32,831 nucleotides of DNA from Candidatus Tenderia sp. (GTDB taxonomy: Bacteria > Pseudomonadota > Gammaproteobacteria > Tenderiales > Tenderiaceae). Both the position numbers and the translations under genes were made by a program. Every line of letters starts with the position of its first letter. Positions within the stretch are counted from its first letter, which is position 1. Under the pieces are notes generated by a model, which was given only the letters and a program-made list of their open reading frames with translations, made no database searches and had not been told where the DNA came from. The stretch spans positions 1 to 32,831 of the forward strand of contig JANOSY010000051.1 in the NCBI GenBank assembly GCA_031416075.1, in the 5' to 3' direction. Positions 27,463 to 32,831 of this stretch are shown here, one piece after another.

Positions 27463-27944
27463 ACACGCCCCTGAGTGACGACGAGCTCAAACAGATCACC
27501 CAGCAGCTGGCCGGGCTGGAGCTGCCGCCCGCCCCCGACTGGCAACCGCTGATCATCGCCACCCTCGTGGTCCTGATAGCGCTGCTGCTGGCCGTGGCCT
27601 TGATCTATCTCCGCAGCCGCCGCCAACAGCCCGGCCACATAGACGACCAATCACGAGAGGCACTGCACCAGCTGCACCTGTTGCAACAACAGTGGCTGCA
27701 GCAGAGTATCGACGACCACGATGCCGCCTACCGCCTGGCAACACTGTTGCGGCTGGGGCTGGGGCTGAACCAACTGACCAACACCGCCCCCCCGGCACTT
27801 ATCGAACAACAGCAACGGTGGCAGCAGCTACAACAGCAATTAATCCAGCTGCGCTACACCCCGGCGGAGAGCCGCCCCCCCTTGAGCGCCGATCTGTTTA
27901 CACAGGTTGAGACGTGGCTGATACAGGGCCGCCCCGAATGTTGA
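27459..27944 (+). CDS. Small single-TM protein of MoxR/Bat clusters (DUF4381-like)
   Basis: LELPPAPDW followed by a TM helix and RSRR; overlaps both neighbours; typical position in such clusters. Confidence 0.7.
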   Translation: MNTPLSDDELKQITQQLAGLELPPAPDWQPLIIATLVVLIALLLAVALIYLRSRRQQPGHIDDQSREALHQLHLLQQQWLQQSIDDHDAAYRLATLLRLGLGLNQLTNTAPPALIEQQQRWQQLQQQLIQLRYTPAESRPPLSADLFTQVETWLIQGRPEC

Positions 27945-28912
27945 TCCTGGCCGCCCCCTGGTGGTTGCTCTTTTTACCGCTGCCGTGGCTGCTGTGGCGG
28001 GCACGCTTCAAACAGCCACAGCCCAATAGCCATCACCGCGCCATTACCCATCCACAAACCGAGCTTCTGATGCGTCTCAGCCAAGCTTCCACGTCCGGAC
28101 AAAAACCGTGGCTCTGGCTGATTGGTGCGGCGCTCTTGTTTCTAGCCTTGGCCCGGCCACAGTGGTGGGACAACCAGCAGCACGAGGGGCGTAACTTTAT
28201 GCTGGCGCTGGACAGCTCCAGCTCCATGCGGGCGGAGGATTTTTCCGACAATGGTACCCCCGTCAGCCGGATGCAGATGGTGAAACGTGTGGTGGATACC
28301 TTTATCAGCCAACGCCACGGCGACCGGCTGGGGCTGATTGTATTTGGTGATGACGCCTTTACGCTGGCACCACTCACCAGCGACATCACACTGATTCGTC
28401 ACCACCTCCAACAGCTCCACGACGGCATGGCGGGCCAGAGGACCGCCCTCGGCCAGGCCATTGCACTGGGGGTGCAGCGGCTGCGCGACGAAGATCAACG
28501 GTCACGCATCCTGGTACTACTGACCGACGGCAGCAATACCGCTGGCACCATACACCCATTGCAGGCACTGGCGATGGCCAAGGGCAATGGCGTCCGCATC
28601 TACACCATCGGCATCGGCTCTCATAATCAAGTGATGTTCCCACGCGGCCCGGTACAGCAGGCGCAGCTGGCCAGCGTGCCGATGGATGAGACACTGCTGC
28701 AACAGCTGGCGCAGGAGAGTGGTGGCCGCTACTATCGGGCAACGGCCCCAGGCGAACTTGATAACATCATCACCGACATTGAACAGCTTGAAACCATCAC
28801 CCTCACCGATGACGAAGTACGCCCCTATGAGTGGTACAGCGTGCCGTTAATCCTCGGACTCTGCTCTCTGGCACTGAGTGGCTGGCGGGAGCGGCGCGAG
28901 GTGTTGCCATGA
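27938..28912 (+). CDS. batA: BatA-like vWA domain membrane protein
   Basis: PWWLLFL N-terminus, ALARPQW, MIDAS DSSSSM, GDRLGLIVFG, LLTDG and IYTIGIG. Start set at ATG 27938. Confidence 0.85.
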   Translation: MLILAAPWWLLFLPLPWLLWRARFKQPQPNSHHRAITHPQTELLMRLSQASTSGQKPWLWLIGAALLFLALARPQWWDNQQHEGRNFMLALDSSSSMRAEDFSDNGTPVSRMQMVKRVVDTFISQRHGDRLGLIVFGDDAFTLAPLTSDITLIRHHLQQLHDGMAGQRTALGQAIALGVQRLRDEDQRSRILVLLTDGSNTAGTIHPLQALAMAKGNGVRIYTIGIGSHNQVMFPRGPVQQAQLASVPMDETLLQQLAQESGGRYYRATAPGELDNIITDIEQLETITLTDDEVRPYEWYSVPLILGLCSLALSGWRERREVLP

Positions 28913-30651
28913 TGGAGTGGTTAACGTGGCAACAGCCGTGGTGGCTGCTATTGGCCGCCATTCCGTGGCTGGCACGGCTGGTGTCGAAGCGTTGGCATGG
29001 ACGACCGCAGAGCCAGCTGGAGCAGTTCATCGCCCGCCACCTCTGGCCGCAGCTGCTCAGTGGCGCACCCAGCGCCAGCCACTATCACACCCCGCTGTTT
29101 ATGGTGGCGTGGCTGCTTGCCTGTGTCGCACTGGCCGGCCCAACACTGCAGACAGCGCAAAATAGCCATGAGATCAAACAGCAGGCCAACATTGCCATCG
29201 TGCTCGATATCTCCCCCTCCATGCGGGTGCAGGATATCCTGCCCAGCCGCCTCGACTACAGCAAACGCCTGCTCAGCGAGCTGGCGCAACAGCTCCGTGG
29301 CCAGCAGGTGGCGCTGATTGTCTTTTCCGCCAACGCCTACACCGTGCTGCCACTCACCCGCGACAACCAGATACTCACGCAGATGATCGAGGCCATGGAC
29401 CCCACCTTGGCCAGCGTCACCGGTTCCAATCTCAGCCGCGCCCTGCAACTTGCACAACAGGCACTGGCCGCGCCGCCACTGGCTAGTGGCACAACAGCTG
29501 GCGGCAAAACAGCCAACGGATTGGTACTGCTGATCAGCGATGGCGAGATCCACGACAGCGGTGCCCTTGCCGCCAGCCGCCAGCTCCGGCAAGCGGGCCA
29601 CATGCTCTACACCCTTGGCGTCGGCACCGAACAGGGTGGCCCCGTGCCCTACGCCACGGGCCGACTGGTCACGGACAACAACAGACTGATCACCTCCCGA
29701 CTCAACAGGGAGACACTACGGACCCTGGCCCAGAGTGGCGGTGGCCACTACGCCGACCTGCGCCCGGAGGTCTGGCCCGCGATCATGCAGCAAGTTGATG
29801 CCCTTAAACAGCCCATCGAGGGCCAGCAGCAGCGCCGTACCGGCACCCCACTCTTCCCTTGGTTTCTAGCGCTGGCCCTGGCGCTCTTCCTCTGGAACGG
29901 CGTGCGCCGCCCCAACATCGTCGCCCTATTCCTGTTATTGCCACTCATCGGCAACAGCCCGGCCACCGAGGCCGCCCCCTGGAGTGAAGCCAAAGGGCTG
30001 GCGCTGCTCGATCAGGGGCAAAACCAAGCCGCCCTCGATATCTACAACACCCTTAACAGCTACAGCGGTCACCTTGGCCGAGGCGTTGCCGCCTACCGTT
30101 TTGGCCAGTGGCAACCGGCGCTGAAGGCCTTTGACCGTGCCCTCACACTCGCCACCACCCCCCAGGAGAAGGGGCTGGCCGCCTACAATCGTGGCAACGC
30201 CCTAGTCCAGCTCAATCAGATAGATGACGCCACCCGCGCCTACAAAACTGCGCTCCACTGGCTACCCAACCACCCCAAAAGCAACCACAACCTCACCCTG
30301 TTACAGCGCAACCCACCCAAAAGTGGTGAGCGCAAAGGCAGCAGCAAACACGAACGCCAAGACGAAAGTGGCAGTGAATTGAGCGACCGCAGCGGCAGTG
30401 ACAACAGCAGTGTCCGCCCTAACCCTGCCCTAACGGGACAAACAGGCCAACAGACAACCACCCAGCAGCGGGCACTGCAACAGAGCCTGACCCAGTGGGG
30501 CCAGCAGCGTAACAGCCTCAGCACCGCTGCCACGCCCAGCCAGCAACAGCTCAATACATTGAAGGAGGATTACCAGACCATGCTCAAACAGCGCTTTGCT
30601 GCTGAAGATATCAGCGATGCAGCCGGTCTGGTGGTAGAAAAACCATGGTAA
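28909..30651 (+). CDS. BatB/BatC-like vWA plus TPR protein
   Basis: QPWWLL, ALAGP, MIDAS DISPSM, PSRL, LISDGE, GVGTEQGGP, TPR (AYNRGNAL) and a Q/S-rich tail. Start set at ATG 28909 or 28912. Confidence 0.85.
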   Translation: MMEWLTWQQPWWLLLAAIPWLARLVSKRWHGRPQSQLEQFIARHLWPQLLSGAPSASHYHTPLFMVAWLLACVALAGPTLQTAQNSHEIKQQANIAIVLDISPSMRVQDILPSRLDYSKRLLSELAQQLRGQQVALIVFSANAYTVLPLTRDNQILTQMIEAMDPTLASVTGSNLSRALQLAQQALAAPPLASGTTAGGKTANGLVLLISDGEIHDSGALAASRQLRQAGHMLYTLGVGTEQGGPVPYATGRLVTDNNRLITSRLNRETLRTLAQSGGGHYADLRPEVWPAIMQQVDALKQPIEGQQQRRTGTPLFPWFLALALALFLWNGVRRPNIVALFLLLPLIGNSPATEAAPWSEAKGLALLDQGQNQAALDIYNTLNSYSGHLGRGVAAYRFGQWQPALKAFDRALTLATTPQEKGLAAYNRGNALVQLNQIDDATRAYKTALHWLPNHPKSNHNLTLLQRNPPKSGERKGSSKHERQDESGSELSDRSGSDNSSVRPNPALTGQTGQQTTTQQRALQQSLTQWGQQRNSLSTAATPSQQQLNTLKEDYQTMLKQRFAAEDISDAAGLVVEKPW

Positions 30652-32294
30652 ACAGATTCACCACCCTGCTCATCCTGCTACTGCTTGGCATCACCAGCGC
30701 CTGCGCCGCCGAGCTAACCGCTCGCGTAGACCGCCATCAACTCAACCAGGAGGAGCATATTCTCCTCACCCTGGAGCTGATCAACAGCGATACCCGACTG
30801 CGTGCCGAAGGGGTAAAGCCCAACATCGACCTGACACTGTTAAGTGACAACTTCACCCTCAGCCGTCCCAGCGCCAGCAACCACTACAACATCTATCAGG
30901 GGCGTGGCCGTTCCCGCTCCACCCTCACCGTCACCCTTTTTCCAAAAGCCGCCGGTCGTTTCACCCTCCCCCCCTTTGAGGTCGATGGCCTACGCACCCA
31001 ACCAATCACCGTTGAGGTCACCGCCGCCAGCAGCGCCGCCCCCCCGGCGCTGTTTGTCCGCAGTGGCAGCAACAAAAACTCACTCTGGGTCAACGAACAG
31101 CTGGTGGTCTACCTCGACCTCTACCACCGCGTAACCATCAACAAGGCAAGCCTGGGCGACAACCTGGAGACAGAACCGACCCAGATCGAACTCCTGCCCT
31201 ACTGGAAACTGGAACCCAGCCGCCGCCAGGAGCAGTTTCAAGGCTACACCTATGATGTCGAACGCACCGCCTGGGCCATCTTCCCGCAGACCAGCGGCAG
31301 ACTCACCGTACAGCTCCCCGACGTCTGGGTGGTCAGCCAACAGGCTGGCGAGACCCAACAGCGTCTCGAACATCAGCGCCTCAACGTTGAAGTCAAACCA
31401 CTGCCCGCCGACCTGCCCGCCGACATCATCATTGGCAAACCCACCATTGAACAGACCCGGCTGCCACAACAGAACCCACAGCACCAGCTCACCCACTGGA
31501 CCGTCACCGTCACCGCCCCCGTTGCCGTCACCACCCTACCCGAGCGGCTGCCCACTGCCGCCTTGCCCGAGGGGCTAAGGCTCTATGCCGATACCGCCCG
31601 CCGCGATACCACCCTGGACAGCAGCGGCATCATCGATCGTGCCGACTACGTGCTCTCCATCATGCCGCAGCAGTCGGGCCAGTTTGAACTGCCCCCGCTA
31701 CAGATCCCCTACTTCGATCCAATACTGGGCCAGGCGGACTACATCGAACTGCCCGGACAAACCCTCAACATCAACCCCGCCCCACTGCCCAAAAGCCAGA
31801 ACAGCCCACTGCCCGCCATCACCACACCCACCCCACAGGGGGGGCTCAACATCAAACTGGGCGACTGGTTCTGGCCCACCACCAGCGCCCTGTTTGCCAC
31901 ACTCTGGCTCATCACCCTGCAACGTGGACGGCGCCAACGTCCAGCCCCCGCCACAACCACGCCACAGGAGACAGCCGCACCTGCCCCCCAGACACCACGC
32001 CACCCACTACAGCAACAGCTACTCAAGGCACTCAACAGCACAACACTGGAAGCGGGACTCACACAGTGGCAAAAAGATCACCCCGACGAACAACATGTCG
32101 CCACCGCCGTGCGGGCAGTACAACGCCTCTGTTACGGCAAGGGGCAGACAGATGATGACTCAGCAACACAGCAGGTCAACAAAGCCATCACCATACTCAA
32201 CCACCCCGCCATCACCACCCGTGAAAAAAAACCAGACCCGTGGCAGCCTGAGGCGTTTACAGTGGGTAAAATAATAAAAAATAAACCACATTGA
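30645..32294 (+). CDS. batD: BatD-like oxygen-tolerance family protein
   Basis: Signal peptide, ARVDR, repeated Ig-like segments (FPKAAGRFTLP, FPQTSGRLT, PQQSGQFELP) and a C-terminal TM; ends the MoxR/Bat cluster. Confidence 0.8.
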   Translation: MVNRFTTLLILLLLGITSACAAELTARVDRHQLNQEEHILLTLELINSDTRLRAEGVKPNIDLTLLSDNFTLSRPSASNHYNIYQGRGRSRSTLTVTLFPKAAGRFTLPPFEVDGLRTQPITVEVTAASSAAPPALFVRSGSNKNSLWVNEQLVVYLDLYHRVTINKASLGDNLETEPTQIELLPYWKLEPSRRQEQFQGYTYDVERTAWAIFPQTSGRLTVQLPDVWVVSQQAGETQQRLEHQRLNVEVKPLPADLPADIIIGKPTIEQTRLPQQNPQHQLTHWTVTVTAPVAVTTLPERLPTAALPEGLRLYADTARRDTTLDSSGIIDRADYVLSIMPQQSGQFELPPLQIPYFDPILGQADYIELPGQTLNINPAPLPKSQNSPLPAITTPTPQGGLNIKLGDWFWPTTSALFATLWLITLQRGRRQRPAPATTTPQETAAPAPQTPRHPLQQQLLKALNSTTLEAGLTQWQKDHPDEQHVATAVRAVQRLCYGKGQTDDDSATQQVNKAITILNHPAITTREKKPDPWQPEAFTVGKIIKNKPH

Positions 32295-32693
32295 CCCAAT
32301 GCCTGGCCAGATAGCGACCGGCTTTGCCAACGTGGCTGCCAGACCAAATTCAGCCGGCACACGGCAATCACCAATAACAATTTACCCGTCTACGTAAACA
32401 CTATCAGTCCGGTACCCCCCGCTATTGAGGGGCTCTACTCTGACCTAAACATAAAAACCTGCTGTTCAGAGAGACATTTTCGCTAACACCTGAATAAAAA
32501 AGTCCTGTTAACCCGTACCGCTTAAACGCCATGCCACACCTCACAACCAGCTATTTCTGGTAATTCTACATATTATGAAACAGCAATAGTTCGCATCTAC
32601 TCTGCACACATTGCGTCAACATAACTCCTGTGAGATGCAGTTGCCATAGTGCGAGTTGTCGAGGCGGACCGCATCCACGCCCGTATGTACACA

Positions 32694-32831
32694 CTAGTGT
32701 ACTGTAACAAATAGTATGATCATATATAATAGCGCTACTCCTTCCTTATTTTCTGGTGCGCTGACTATGCCTGTCCCCGTTGCTATCTCACTCACAGAAG
32801 AAGAACGCCAAGAATTTCATCGCTGTTGTCG
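32694..32831 (+). mobile_element. Probable left end of an IS630-family insertion sequence (truncated by the window edge)
   Basis: CTAGTGTACTGTAAC resembles CTAG-target IS630 ends; ORF from ATG 32767 reads MPVPVAISLTEEERQEFHRCC, like the L(T/S)EEER N-termini of IS630 transposases. Only 21 codons are visible. Confidence 0.5.

Noticed and set aside
32224-32231. Other homopolymer runs (A8 in batD, shorter runs in ccmC and the DUF6776-like gene) as slippage sites
   Set aside because: The host ORFs are intact across the runs and no out-of-frame partner ORF needs joining.
31585-32274. 229-aa alternative-frame ORF inside batD, and other overlapping ORFs in the Bat cluster
   Set aside because: Pro/Ser/Thr-rich by-products of the strongly C-rich plus strand; no motifs or RBS.
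1-32831. CRISPR arrays, tRNAs, prophage, integron or defence genes
   Set aside because: No regularly spaced repeats, cloverleaf sequences, integrase or phage-like ORFs were seen by eye.

Overview
Gammaproteobacterial chromosome segment. Left (1-7.3 kb) is ordinary core genome: 5' end of a 16S rRNA gene with tandem P1/P2 promoters, tyrS, an M23 peptidase, anmK, erpA, bactofilin, a DUF6776-like gene and argC. The middle (7.4-25.4 kb) is a heme-c/electron-transfer island. It holds two triheme cytochrome ORFs joined out of frame across an A9 run (candidate programmed -1 frameshift or transcriptional slippage giving a ~719-aa hexaheme protein) and, divergently, a secreted pentaheme cytochrome that matches Geobacter OmcE nanowire cytochrome motif for motif but carries one extra heme, coupled to an NHL beta-propeller lipoprotein. 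A long minus-strand gene string follows: FGE-fold protein, ccmABCDEFGHI, TlpA, monoheme cytochrome, two paralogous beta-propellers and a heme-c/HAMP/PAS/GGDEF/EAL sensor. Right (25.5-32.3 kb) is a MoxR-DUF58-Bat (vWA/TPR) cluster, then the probable left end of an IS630-family element. All family assignments come from motif reading and recalled sequences; no searches were run.
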